Source of the DNA: Fistulifera solaris
Taxonomy: Eukaryota
Direction of reading: 5' to 3'
NCBI GenBank assembly: GCA_030295235.1
Contig: AP026146.1
Location: 1-64,000 of the forward strand
Length of the DNA stretch: 64,000 nucleotides
Shown here piece after piece: positions 13,304-26,283 of the stretch. The position numbers were made by a program, and so were the translations under genes. How positions within the stretch are numbered: position 1 is the first letter of the stretch; each line of letters begins with the position of its first letter. The notes under the pieces were generated by a model. That model did no database searches. It was not told the DNA's origin and saw only the letters and a list, made by a program, of their open reading frames with translations.

Positions 13304-15988
13304 ATGATCTACTCCAACCTCTTTTTTACTTTCATGGCTTCTTTGTGTCGTCTCTGCACAGGAAGACGAAGTGATACAGCTTACAAACGAGCCATGTGTC
13401 GACTGGGAAGCCACGGCAGCGGCGTATCAAGAGGCGTTTGCGGAATGGCAAGAATCGGAATGTTACACGTTCACTTACACGTTTTTGGGATTTTCCGTCG
13501 GAGAACCTGGCAGTGTCACGCGCACCGTGCGCAATGGGGTTGCCTTAGAACAAGACGACGATCAGCCCTTTGGTACTTTGACGGATGTCTGGAAGTTGAT
13601 TGAGGAGCGGTGCATTCTAAATTGCCCGGAAAATGGAGCTCATACGTGTGATATTGAATTTACGACACGTGAGGACGGCAATCTCGTATATCCTGCTTTC
13701 GTTAGCATCAATCCGGATGCTATGCTGATGGATGAAGAACTGATTTACCGTATTCACGATGTACGGACTTTGGATTGCGCAGAACTTGAAATGGAGGAGG
13801 GAGAAGAGGTAGCAATCAAGGCTGATGTCTGCCTGAACTACGAAACCGTTAAGACGACTTTGGAAGCGGCTTTGCTTCAGTGGGAGAATATCACCCGAAC
13901 TTGCTACAACTATACAATAGAACGCGTTGGGCGCGTGACCGAAGACTTTCGCGGACCCTTTCGGATTGCCGTGCAAGAGGGTCAAGTTGTGGAAATAATC
14001 AGTGCCACCTCACAACCTGACATGAATCGAACCTTATCGAATTGGTTACAGGAAATTCAGACCATGTGCGTAGATCGCTGTCGAGTTGACAATGATGAAG
14101 ATCCTTATTACGATTGCACGATTGAATACGACGAGACAATGGGATACCCGACATATTTTGTTCTTGATTTGGATCAATTCATTGTCGATGAGGAACTCTA
14201 CTACAGAATCACAAATTTTTCGAGTTGCGAAGGTGATTTTGACGACGTTTCGAATTCCGCAGTCTGTATTGATTACGAAACTGTCAAAACAGACTATGCT
14301 GCGGCGATAGAAAAATGGAATTTGATTGATGACTGCTACGACTACTTCATCGAGCGACAAGGTCGTATTTCAGATGAGTTCCGTGGTCCTTTTGAAGTGC
14401 AAGTGCGGGATGGGGTGCCGCACGTTATGAATATGCCCAGCAATAGCGATGGTGCTGAGAGACCGAACATGACGTTCACGTTGTTGGATTGGATGACGAA
14501 AATCGACGAGCACTGCGTGGCTGGATGTGAAGTGGCAAACAACGAAGATGCGTATTATTATTGCTCTTTAGAGTACCATTCAACGTGGGGATTCCCAACA
14601 TCGATCTTCTTTGACCCCGACGAAAATATTGCAGACGAAGAACTTTATTATACCGTATCCAATTTCACACCGTGCGAAAGCAGAGTAGTTCCAGAAACGG
14701 ATTATAACGAAACATCCAATTGTACGTATCAGACGGATGATGCCTACGAGTTCGAGGCAGCATATGCAAAGCTAGAGACATTGTTGACAGACAATCTTTG
14801 TTATGACTTCACGTACGTTGAGACGGGGTTCTTGTATCCGCCACCGCAGCCCGTGATGGTTCGCTTTCGAGATGATTCAATCCCTAGTCAAAGCTCGGAT
14901 GATGAATTTGCCTCTTTGTTGGAGGTGATGAGCTTCTACAGGGAAACGTGCTTTCCATGCAATGATACGGCTCGACCTTTGCTTGCAGCATTACTTATGA
15001 TGATCTCGGACTTCCTAAGGCTTTATTGATTGATTACGTTGAGATGCTGGCGGATGAGGAGATGGGTTATACCATTAGCAACGTAACGTTTGTACCGTGC
15101 TCAGAAGACCCTTCGCAGCAGAATTGTGACCCTGAATGGAGGGTCGCCAAGGAAAAGTGGTCGAGTCCTGCGTGTTATGATTATTCCATTCGTCGCGTGG
15201 GAGAAATCCCTGTTGAACGAGAGGGAACATTCGTTGTGAAAGTGAGAGATGACAAAGTGATCAATGGTACGGCTTTGTCCGTCAACATGACTGTTGATGA
15301 TCTGTTTGCTTTGGTGGAAGAAAAGTGCATCGCTGGGTGTCCCGATACGGAGGCCTACCAGTGCGCGAATACATATGATGCTGAGTTCGGCTTTCCAACT
15401 CAAATAAGCATCGACTACGATGACCTTATGGCTGACAAAGATGAGATTTACATCATTTCTGACTTCATAGCCGTGAAGTGTGAGTCCGGACACGAGGACG
15501 ATGGTGCGGTAACTGTGTGTCAAGAGTGGGAGCACTTAAGAACTGAGCTTGAGTCGATCGAAGACAACTGGGAAGACCCGCCTTGTTACCAATACACAAT
15601 GAAAAGAAATAACGAGTCGGCACTTACGGTTCATGTGCGAAATTTCACGGTCGCATCGCCGAAACCGCAAGGCAGGGATGATGAGTCGTGGATACCCGTT
15701 ACAGTCGATGAGTTTCTTGTTGGAATTCGTGCGTCATGTATCGATGGATGCCCATCCATGGGAGTTGCAAATTGCAGTCATGAAACTAGCGGAGAAGATT
15801 TTATGGGCAGTTGGGTGATTACTACAAAAACATTGACAACCAGTTTTGCGATTTCCGATTATAAAGTCGTTTCGTGTGACGAGAAAATAGTTACGATTGC
15901 TGAAGATACACCGTCGTCAGCAGCGGTTGCCAAAGTTTCCTTCGCGATTGGGCTTGTTGCTACAATTGTCTTTCTTTTTAGTAAGTGA
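13304..15988 (+). CDS. DUF6174-like ~6-module acidic secreted protein with GPI-like tail (gene D); frameshifts near 13340 and 14980
   Basis: Modules end in Y....GYP....D....DEE..Y.I; ORFs 13371-15029 and 15026-15988; ends SSAAVAKVSFAIGLVATIVFLFSK. Confidence 0.8.
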
Positions 15989-16299
15989 GATCTTTGACAT
16001 TGAAGGAGGATTGCAACGGTTTACGCTGCGTCTTTGAAAGCTACTGATTTGCAAAATGGCAATGAAGTTATGTGCAAGCGTTGACAGCACAAAGCATCAA
16101 TAACTATCGCGCCAGTGTCACATTATGATTACTTCACCCAGCTGTGAACGTCGTCTTAGGCGCTCGGATGATAAAAGTCCACGAAAGATGAGCTGTCTCA
16201 TGTTATAATCACCTCGCATGATACATGTTAGCATTGACAAGGTGTTCACAAATGTGCTTCATGATTAATTCGTGAGGCGGGACATACAGGGTCAACCAA

Positions 16300-17978
16300 A
16301 TGATGCCAACGGAACCAGTCACTCGCACAGTCAAGTATGGCCACCCGGTCGGAACGGGCGATGCTTCGACGTACAAGACCATCGACGAGTTCTGGAACTC
16401 GATTGAAACATATTGCATTCGCGACTGTCCTACCGACGGGGCCCACACATGCGACATCAAGTATTCAAGAGATGAGGAGGGTGGTTTCATGTATCCCGCG
16501 TCCATCTTCATCGATTTCGACGCAGCTGTCTACGACGAGGAGCGAAGCATTACCATCACAGATGTGCGTTCCATCGCTTGTTCCGACGAAGAAACAGAAG
16601 GCGAAGAAGTCGCGCACGAACCTTGCGTCAATTGGGAGTCGAATGCGGCGGCCTACGATGAAGCCTATGCTCAATGGACGGCACCTTCTTGCTACACCTT
16701 CACTTACGCGTATACTATTGCAGAAATGATCAAGGGACGATCCCAAGAACGGTTTGTGAAGAATGGCCAGCCGGTACAGATGAACTATCCGTATCCCGAA
16801 ATCGAAACTATCGACGAGTTCTGGACACTCATTCAAGAGAGCTGCATTCAAGATTGTCCGATCAGTGGCGCACATTCGTGCAACATTGAGTATACAATGA
16901 GTGACGACGGCAGCTTCATGTTTCCATCATCCATCGAGATTGACTTCAATTCCTCGTCCGCCGCCACCCAGGACACACATATTTACAATCTTTTCAACGT
17001 GAGCTCGGTCGATTGTTCCGATATACAAGAAATGGAGAATCAACTCTGTGTCGATTGGGAGTCGACTGCTGCTGCATATGAAGCCGCTTTTGAGCAGTGG
17101 ACGGCCCCTTCCTGCTACAGTTTTACTTATTCGTTTGCCAATTCTACCATGAACAATCGTGAAATAAAGCGTTCTGTCCGAGATGGAACATCATTGCTGA
17201 ACGGAGACGAAGGGGCGTTGCATACACTCGACGACTTTTGGAATTTGATCCAAACCAACTGTATACAGGGCTGTCCAGACGAAGGAGCACATTCTTGTAC
17301 CATTGAATATATTATGAATGAGGAAGGCGGCTTTATGTATCCCATGGAATTGTACATCGATATGGATGCGAGAATCTTCGGTAGTGACACGTACCGTATC
17401 TACGATCTTCGCGTTGGAGAATGTCCTGAAGTCGAAGAAAAAGAAATCACCGACGAAGAGCTCAACGAACCGTGTGTAGAATGGGAGACGACTGCCGCTG
17501 CGTATGAAGATGCTTGGGCGCAATGGGAAGCTCCATCCTGCTACACATTTGGCTTTTCGGTTGACGGAATCACGCCCTCTGTAACGCGCACCGTCGTCCA
17601 TGGCAAATCGTTGGCGGAAGACGAAGAATCATCGTTTTCAGAGTTGCAGACTCTCGACGACTTTTGGCAGTTGATTCAAAGAGAGTGCCTTCAAGACTGT
17701 CCTGTCCGTGGAGCTCATTCTTGCAGCATCGAGTACACGATGCATGAAAAGGTGGCTTTGTATTCCCCCAAGTTATGGATGTCGTTCGAAACTCCTTTGA
17801 TGGATTCCTTGGTCGAATTCAAAATGTACAGGTAATTCCTTGTCCCAAAGAGATAGACGAAGTTGACAACGAGAGCGAAGAGAGCCGTAGCAGCAAGCAA
17901 AAGATGAAGAAGCCGAAAAGAAGGGGAAGAAAAGCAGTTCTTTGCGCAAGAATAGAAAATTGTTCCGGAAGTAAATGA
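16300..17978 (+). CDS. DUF6174-like ~4-module protein (gene E); N-terminus not resolved; basic C-terminal tail reached through a frameshift
   Basis: Repeats CV.WES.AAAY..A..QW..PSCY.F..TIDEFW..I...CI.DCP..GAH.C.I.Y; tail KQKMKKPKRRGRK in ORF 17775-17978. Confidence 0.75.
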
Positions 17979-19603
17979 TATAAATATGAATGTGGCGTTG
18001 AATAGTCCATCATGCTGCTGATCTTGATCATTCTCATCCTCGAGCATAAATGATCTCTACACATCCCCGCCAGCATCGTCAAGCGCGAATTTGGAAGAGC
18101 ACGCTCGTCGTCGACAGTTGTAAATGCCTTTTTCCAATCAATAGCATCGATGAAGGGATTTATGCAACTTTATTATTTTTTTTCGCAGCCTGATTTCGAG
18201 TGGAGTTAAGGGCAAAAAAAACTATCCTACGAATGTTTTTGCCGGTCATCAGTTTCATTTGATAGTTTGTGTTTTTAAAAATCGACGCAGCATTGAAATC
18301 ATTTTGAATGTTGAGCATGATCGTGAGTGTCGACGCAGAATACGAAATAATAAGAATCTACGTACGTGTGTCTTCATTTCCAGTGCTTTCGCGACATACG
18401 GCGTCGATTCTTGCTGATCGTAGTATCATCATTCTTGATAATTCTTCTTTCAAAGTTCTTTCAAAGGACTGCGGCTGATTGTCGTGTGTAGCGAATGTAA
18501 AAAGGAAATGAACATCGTTGCTAATACTGGTAATGATGATTATGATTATGAAGCATAATACAAATGACGGAAGGTTAAAAAAAAAAGTCGTCGTCCTGTT
18601 GGCGTGCCGCGGAGCGGGGAGCTGAAGCGTACCTCGTACCGGTATTGGGAACGCGGCCAAAACAAAAACTGAGAAAATTTATACCAGTATCGTCCTTATT
18701 AAAAGATTGGTGATACTGGTCTTTAATGGAAGCACAACATTAATTACAACAGCACCATTGATGAGATCCAAATCCAAATATTCACTTCATTTTTCAATGC
18801 TTTTAATGCATAGCGTTGTCACCTTATTTAGAAGCAAGATTCCAGGACTGCATTTCGTATTGAGTGTCCTTCACATCTTGTCGAGACTACATTGGAGCCT
18901 ATAGTTCATTTTGGGCTGCTGAGTAGCCTTCGTAAGCCCTGGTCATTTCGAATTCGTCAATGAATTACAAGCCATTCGGCGCAAAGCGCTTTTCACGGGG
19001 GCCCTGTGCATTTCCCACCGACCAACGGCATTTCTGTTGTAGTCACGTCCACATATCCGCCGGCGGCTACTACTAACACGAATGATAACTCTTGTTCGAC
19101 ACCAATTGTTGTTGCCGCTCCCATCGATCGGAAGGACCGTCGGGATGATGATGCCTCGCCGCCACCAAAACGACCCAACACGCGATGAGAAGAAATGTCG
19201 CTGATTCCCTTTCAAGTTACCAATATCAGATCTCACTTTACCATCCTTCAAATGTTCTGTTTCTAGGGCGAAGGAAGTAGAACCAATGAGCAACAGTGCA
19301 CGGTGTGCTATGGTGCAATCAGCCACTAAAAGTGGTGTGCGAGCATGTTTCAATGCGCTTTTCTCCAACACCTAAAATGATATCATTTTCTAAAGACATC
19401 CCTGAAATAAAAAAACACTTCCGATTGTGAAAAACAGCTACAGGGCTATTCTCGTCAATTTTTTTGACAAAGTGAACGGATTGTTTCAAAAACGAGAGCG
19501 TGGAACGACTACACGTCTAAAGGTGAAACTTTGGCAAATCATGCAGACTATATGGCTTGTTAACCCTATTTGTACGGCTGCTTCCCGCGTTGGCCGATTT
19601 TCA

Positions 19604-20068
19604 TTATCCACATTTACCGATGCGAACGTTTTCAATAATGTAGTTGTCATGATCGTAGACGTCTTCCGAATCATAACTGATAGACACAAACCAAGGATAC
19701 ACCAGCCCAGTCTTCCTATCCGTCTTATATTCAATGTAGCAGTAGTACGAAGCCCCATTGTCGGGGCATCCTTGAATGCATTTTGATTTGATCAACTTGT
19801 AAAAGTCATTCATGGTCTGCAAGGCGCGGTACGGTTTCTTACGCAAAGCTACGCCGTTTTTGATAACACGCTTTATTTCGGGTCTGTGCTCTAACGCCGC
19901 ATCAACGAACGTAAAGCTGTAACAAGATGGTTCCTTCCACTTGGCGAAAGCCTTTTTGAATTTTTTGTTATTCAGCTGCCAGTCAACGCACGTCACTTCG
20001 TCACTTTCCGCGGTAGCGACAACGGCAATGAGAAAGAAGAAGAAAAGTGAGATCAAGTTGCGGAACAT
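19604..20068 (-). CDS. Single-module, Lys-rich secreted DUF6174-like protein (gene F)
   Basis: Signal peptide; CVDW..WKEPSCYSFTF..KNG..LQTMNDFY.LI..KCIQGCP...YC.IEY...GLVYP. Confidence 0.85.
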   Translation of the reverse strand: MFRNLISLFFFFLIAVVATAESDEVTCVDWQLNNKKFKKAFAKWKEPSCYSFTFVDAALEHRPEIKRVIKNGVALRKKPYRALQTMNDFYKLIKSKCIQGCPDNGASYYCYIEYKTDRKTGLVYPWFVSISYDSEDVYDHDNYIIENVRIGKCG

Positions 20069-21790
20069 ATTGGTGCTGATATGAGTAAGTGTCGATGTTT
20101 GATTGGCGAAAAGGTGATACTTTTGCGCAGTTCAAGAAAAATTGTGAGCATCAAAGGAGTTGTTGTTGAGGCAAAGGTCAAAGTTCTTTTGCGATTATTA
20201 GACGAAAACTGCTGAGCAGTGAGACATTTCCTGTGCAGTGCAATTCGGAAACCGCCTAAGTCTTTCATTCAGATTCGGAAGCATGGTAAAGTGTTATAGA
20301 ATGTTTAGTCGTGATTCGTGAGCGACAATACTGAGATGTGAGTTGTGAGTTGTGAGTTGTGATTTGTTAGTCGGAAATCTAACTTCTTACTACGTACTAC
20401 TTGATATTCGTGATTCGTGTTTGCTCTAAACTACCTCTTTCTGACTCTTCCTTACAAAGTATTCTTTCGTAGAAGCATGGTAAAGTGTTCCTTCTGAGCA
20501 CGGATCATATTATTTAACAGCTAACGGGTCGTGAGTCGTGACTTATATCTCTGGTTCGTGACGGTTTCTGCTCGAAAGACTAAAGATTCCAAATTCCAAC
20601 ATTTAAAAAAAACAAGGACAAGTAGCCGCAAATGGTGCTCATGACGCGTATCGCTGCGATTACCGGCTACAGCATAATCTCATCAAAGCGTTACAAGTAC
20701 AGTGAACTTGAAACGAGCTTTTGCACATATCTGCTGTGCCGCCGACACTCATCGATACTCGAGTGAATTGAGCTGATCTTAGAATCACACTTTCCCGATG
20801 ATCAAGACGCTTGTTTTTACTTAGTCTTCGTTGTTTAATGTTCTTAGTCTTCCCCGTCGGTAGTGATCGCCCGTTAGGTTTGAGCAACATCATCGATGCC
20901 CACGCCAGAGTATGTCAATACTATATTTCAACACCACGCTGTGTCCCTTTTTCAAAAATTCTTTTAAAACGACAGCATTACAAGTGGACACTATACATTG
21001 AATTCAAGCTTACAAATCTGCTGGAAAATCTTCGTACTTTCAGGATAGCCATAAGCCGCTTGAAGATTACATGTAGCGACAAGTGCGTCTTCATGTTGGG
21101 CGTGATAAGTTCTGACGATGCAAGAGACTCTCCAATTGCCATTCCAGGGCAATCAAACAAAAATGATGTCGATTGTTATGCTTGAGACAATCATTCACTA
21201 GCACTGCCTGGTCACGGAGCGCCGCTGATTGTTATGTGTTAGAAAAATGAGCGACTGGTTGATATGCATGGAGAACATGAAGGGCGGTTTGTATAAGCGC
21301 CTCGCTGCGTATCTGAAGAAGGCTATGGATAATGGCACAATGGAGCGCGGAAGAATCGTCAACGCTTCCTTTTTCGACAAAACTCCCTTGTCACTTCCTC
21401 AACACGAAAGATTTGCAATCTGAAACTGCTTCTCTAATCCGTCGATCGTTGCTGTTGTAAGGGAGGTTTCGCACTTTCTTGCGTTTTCATGATTCTGGCT
21501 GTCTTTTCATGGACAGGATCTCGAGAACATTTGTCGCAAATAAGAATCTAGTTTGTTGCACTGCCAATGTCGCCAATACTTATTCGCAGCAAGTTCAATA
21601 CGGCAATACGATTCCATTATAAGCAACGAAGGTAACCCCTCCTAGTTTGGGGAGCGTACGGTCGCTACGAAAAATTTTTGATCTAAAATGGGGCTGCCGC
21701 AATAACGCCCGTCCGAAAGCTTTGCGCTTCTCTTATTATATATAAATGCATTTACCCTACTTCTACGGTGTATCGTCATCTGTTCTCTTT

Positions 21791-22266
21791 TCATTTGTCA
21801 CATTTGGTTACGCACAGATCCTCAATGTAATAACTGACATAATCGCCATAGTTGTAAGGATCTTCTTGAATACTCACATACGAAGGATAAACCAACCCGC
21901 TCTTCTTATCCGTCTTATATTCGACGTAACAGTAAGCAGCCCCATGATGAGGGCAACCTTGAATGCACTTCGTTTTGATCAACTTGTAAAAGTCATCGAT
22001 GGTCTGCAATGCACGATACGGTTTTTTCTTCAAAGCCTTGCCATTTTTGATAACGCGACCGATCCAATCAGCATCATAATTATCTTGTACGAAATTAAAG
22101 CTGTAGCAGGAAGGTGCTTTCCACTTGGCGAAAGCCTTTTGAATTTCTTAGCATTCAACTTCCAATCGATACAGACTTCACCATAATCGTCATAATCATA
22201 TGCTGTCGTGGAGAGGACGGTAATGAGAAAGGAGAGGGTGAAAAGTGAGACGATGTTGCTGAACAT
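21791..22266 (-). CDS. Single-module, Lys-rich secreted paralog of gene F (gene G), frameshifted
   Basis: MFSNIVSLF signal peptide in ORF 22030-22425; C-terminal half in ORF 21791-22033 is close to gene F (KKPYRALQT.DDFYKLIK.KCIQGCP). Confidence 0.78.
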
Positions 22267-23035
22267 GTTGATGCTGACTACTGCCAGAAAGAGAAACGTT
22301 TGAAGCTGGTTTTGCTTTGAGCAAAGATGGATACTACTTTCCCGAACTTTGAAAAAGTGAGAGCAGTGAAAGAGGCCCCTTTGAGGTGTTGTGGGCTCAT
22401 AAATTCGCAGGTTTTCGAACCGCATGTAGATTTACGTAGACTTACAACTGTAGGAGTCAACCGTCAACATACATTCGGAAGTTAGAAACTACTGTTCGCA
22501 TAGGTTTGTTCGTTGATATGGAAAACTGTTTCTCGTCGGAAATCGGGAATAGCAAAAACATTAAACAGGAAACGAAGTACAAGAAACAAGAACTAAACAG
22601 TCCTAATACCGTATCCACCGCCAAATATTGTGAGCTACTACGTATCATAAATAACGAGACAAATGGGCGACGAGCGACTAGCCACGAGCGAAAGTTTAAA
22701 TTCTTCAGATCCTAGAGATAGCTAAACAATAAACAAGTCGTGGACCGTTGGTCTTGGCGTCATGTCTTGGTTTTTTCCCTTTCTTCAAAGTGAAGACGAA
22801 TCGTAGTTGTGGATAATGGAGAAGCTACCGTGAGTCGTGATTATTTACTTGGCTGTGGAACTATTGAAATGTGCCATCGCATTGGCACAGATGCCGAATT
22901 GGCTTGATAAATAGCGGAAATTCTACCTATGGAATATATGAAATGCTGATAGGGTTATTCTTGCAGATTTAGCCAGTTGAATTTATTCATGTTGCACTTG
23001 CCAAGTGGGCGTGCGCTATTAACACTTTCGATTAC

Positions 23036-26000
23036 TCAAGCGCGTTGGGCTGAGCTAGTCAAAGCATTCTCCCTGTTGGCCGCCCTCTTCGCTCGACCAA
23101 CATCACCTATGCCCCCGCCAGAGTCTTCCACTGCTACCTCAATTTGCGCACCATCTCGCATTCGTGTGATCCGAATGGAGCGCCCGCTACCGACATCAAG
23201 CACTGCACTATCTCCCTTTTCAAGAAGCCTTGTAAAATAGCATCACTGAGCGGATCTTCTACGTAACGCTGTGCGGCTCTACGCATGGGACGAGCCCCAA
23301 ACTCATCCGCGTGGGCGCTACCTTCGTGTCGCACTTGAGTAATCAATGAAGGATGTACGGTGATTTCCATTTCAGCGCGCTCCAAGGCTTGCTGCACAGT
23401 CAGTTCCGCCACCATAGCTAGTTGTTCAGAGTCAAGAGGAGCAAAAACAACAATTTCGTCAATGCGATTCAAAAATTCAGGACGCATCGTGGTCTCCAGT
23501 TCATCTTTAACGACTCGCGAAAGCTTATCGTACAGCATGCCGGGTGGGTCCATTGTTTGTCTGATTCCCTCAACAAACGTGGTTGCATCTTCTTCACTCC
23601 ACTGTTCAATAGTCTCCTTGAAACTGTCACGGATGGCTTCCAGTCCGGTGCTACTGCTGCTCGTAGTTGTCAATTCGTCTACTGCACGTTGCGGTATATC
23701 ACCTACTTCAGCCCACAATTTCTGTAGAAAATCGGAGACGGCAGGGTCTGTTTGGGCTAGTGTCAAGAGATCAGCTGGTGAACCGGTCATAGAAGTGCGT
23801 AAAGCGTTCATAATTCTAGAGTCGGTGGCAGCTTGCGCCATCAGGGCGCCAGCTTTGGGACTTGATTGAAGACGTCTCATGATCTCATCGGCTTCCATTA
23901 GGGGTCCGTCTGATAGAGTATTTGGTAGTGCACCATTAACGTTTATAGCATGACTTGAATTCGCACCATCTTTACTTGGGGGTACATTGCTTTCGCCACT
24001 GTTATTGGTTTTGTGGCTTCGTACCGTTTCTAAAATTTGTCGGCTTCCCACATTCGATGTCATGACCAAAATAACATTTTTGAAGTTCACGGTGCGACCT
24101 TTTCCGTCGGTCAGTATACCATCTTCCATGATCTGCAACAAAACGTTCAAAACGTCGGGATGCGCCTTTTCCATTTCATCCAATAGCACGACGGAATGAG
24201 GAGCTTTCCGAACAGCTTCCGTCAACTGTCCCCCGCTTTCGTAACCAATGTATCCCGGTGGCGGACCTGTTAAACGACTCACTGTGTGTTTGTCCATATA
24301 TTCACTCATGTCGATTCGAATAAGATTTCGTTCTGCGCCGAAATACGTCGCTGCAAGTGTTTTGCACAGCAAGGTCTTCCCCGTACCAGTCGGACCGCAA
24401 AACAAGAGAGAAGCGACAGGACGATTCGGATCTCGTAAACCCGAACGCGCTCGACGAATCGCACGCGCCACACTGCGTAACGCGCGGTGCTGACCCTTGA
24501 CGCGCTTCGAAAACTCCTGTTCCAAATCTCGCAGACGGTCCATTTCTTCCAATTCAATTTGCCCGACAGGGACGCCGGAAAGCTCACTGACGACACGCGC
24601 GATGGTATGATGCGTCACAATTGGCTTCTCTGTACTCCCACCTTCTTCCAATTGCGCCAGCGAGCCAGCTTCATCTAACAAATCGAGTGCCTTATCGGGC
24701 AAGAATCGATCCGTCAAATATCGTTCCGACAAGGTCGCCGCCGCCTGCAAAGCCAATGGCGTGTATTCTACCGAATGATGGCGTTCGTACGTCCCCTGAA
24801 TGGCTTCTAAAATGTCGCACGTTTCTTCGACGGTCGGTTCTTTCACCATGACGGGTTGAAATCGTCGTTCTAGGGCACCATCCTTCTCGATGTATTGTCG
24901 ATATTCCGCTACGGTCGTGGCACCCATGACTTGTAATTCACCACGCGCCAAGGCGGGTTTTAACAAATTGGCGGCATCCATCCCACCTTCGGCCGCTCCG
25001 GCGCCGACCAAATTGTGTAGTTCATCCATGAACAATATAGTGGGTGGCGCTTTCGGATCTGTCACTTCCTTCAACACTGACTGCAATCGTTCTTCGAATT
25101 CTCCCCGATATTTGGTTCCCGCCACCAACAAACTTAATTCCAAACTCATCAAGCGATAGCCCTTTAACGAGGGTGGACATCGATCCTCCGAAACCAATAT
25201 TTGCGCCACTCCTTCTGCAATGGCGGTCTGTGTACGTAGAAACAATGAAAATCAGAGAGAAGTGATTATGATACGAGATATTGACGGAGACTTCACAAGC
25301 AAGCACGCAAGCAAGCACAATATCATTGGTAACGTACCTTACCCACTCCTGGTTCTCCAATCTGTGCAACAAACAATGGGTGAGACATTTGAATACTTTT
25401 TCCATCATCTGCACACCACAATTTTAAGAATACGCACCAAACAGACATTGTTTTTCCGACGCCGCAACAAGGTCCGCAAACACGCTCGAATTTCGGCATC
25501 TCTTCCGTAGACCGGATCCAACAATCCATCTTGGGCTTGTTGCGTCAAATCCACGGCAACTTGCGCTAACGTCGGTGTCGCGGCACTGCCACCGATACCA
25601 GTTACCAATTCTTTACCTTCCGACGAAGTCGATTGCAAATGCCCCAACAACGATTCACAAATTTGCAAGGCGGTCGCATTGATCGAACACGATTCTTGCA
25701 ACAATTTCCACGCGGCACTTTCTTCGTTTGCTTCTCTTTGTTGCTTCACTTCTTGATAACCCAATAGTGCGAGAAACAAATGATGCGTCCCAATGATGGG
25801 TTGTGACATTTGATCAGCTAATTGATTAGCGCGACGCAATGTTGATTTCATATCTTGTCCGAAAGGACGATCTTCTTGTTGCGAGGCGGCCCGAAATCCG
25901 GCTAACCAGCCTTTTTCGTTCGAAGTCGAAGTGCCGTATTCGCGTTCGAGTTGTTGCGTGACACGTCGTGTCGTAATTTGATATTGTGTCAAGGTTCGAC

Positions 26001-26283
26001 GCAACGCTGGTGATTCGGGATGTTCCAAACATCCCGCCACGGCGTGAATGTCATTCACAAACTCACTTTGATATTGATTGGCGAATTGTTGTCCTTTCGC
26101 AATGGCTTGCACACATTCTTCCGAAAGTCGTTCGAAGACTTGTAGTTTTGTACAAGTTATTCGAGGAGTCGTAGTAGTAGTAGAAGAAGGAAAGGCAAAG
26201 GCGTGGATTGTTGCTGATAAGGAAAGGAGGCTGCCCCAAAAGAGGAAGAAATGAAATAATTTGTTGCCTTGTAGAAGACGCAT
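23036..26283 (-). CDS. Clp/Hsp100 AAA+ ATPase (ClpA/ClpC-like), probably plastid-targeted; introns 25228-25337 and 25362-25437
   Basis: Signal peptide with A-F motif (IHA-FAF), Clp-N repeats, [56 protein letters not shown]-terminus needs a frameshift near 23220. Confidence 0.92.

Noticed and set aside
18358..19371. ORFs of 100-142 aa between genes E and F
   Set aside because: No recognisable motifs; non-ATG starts; possibly decayed sequence
20660..21600. Short ORFs between genes F and G
   Set aside because: Fragmentary, no assignable homology
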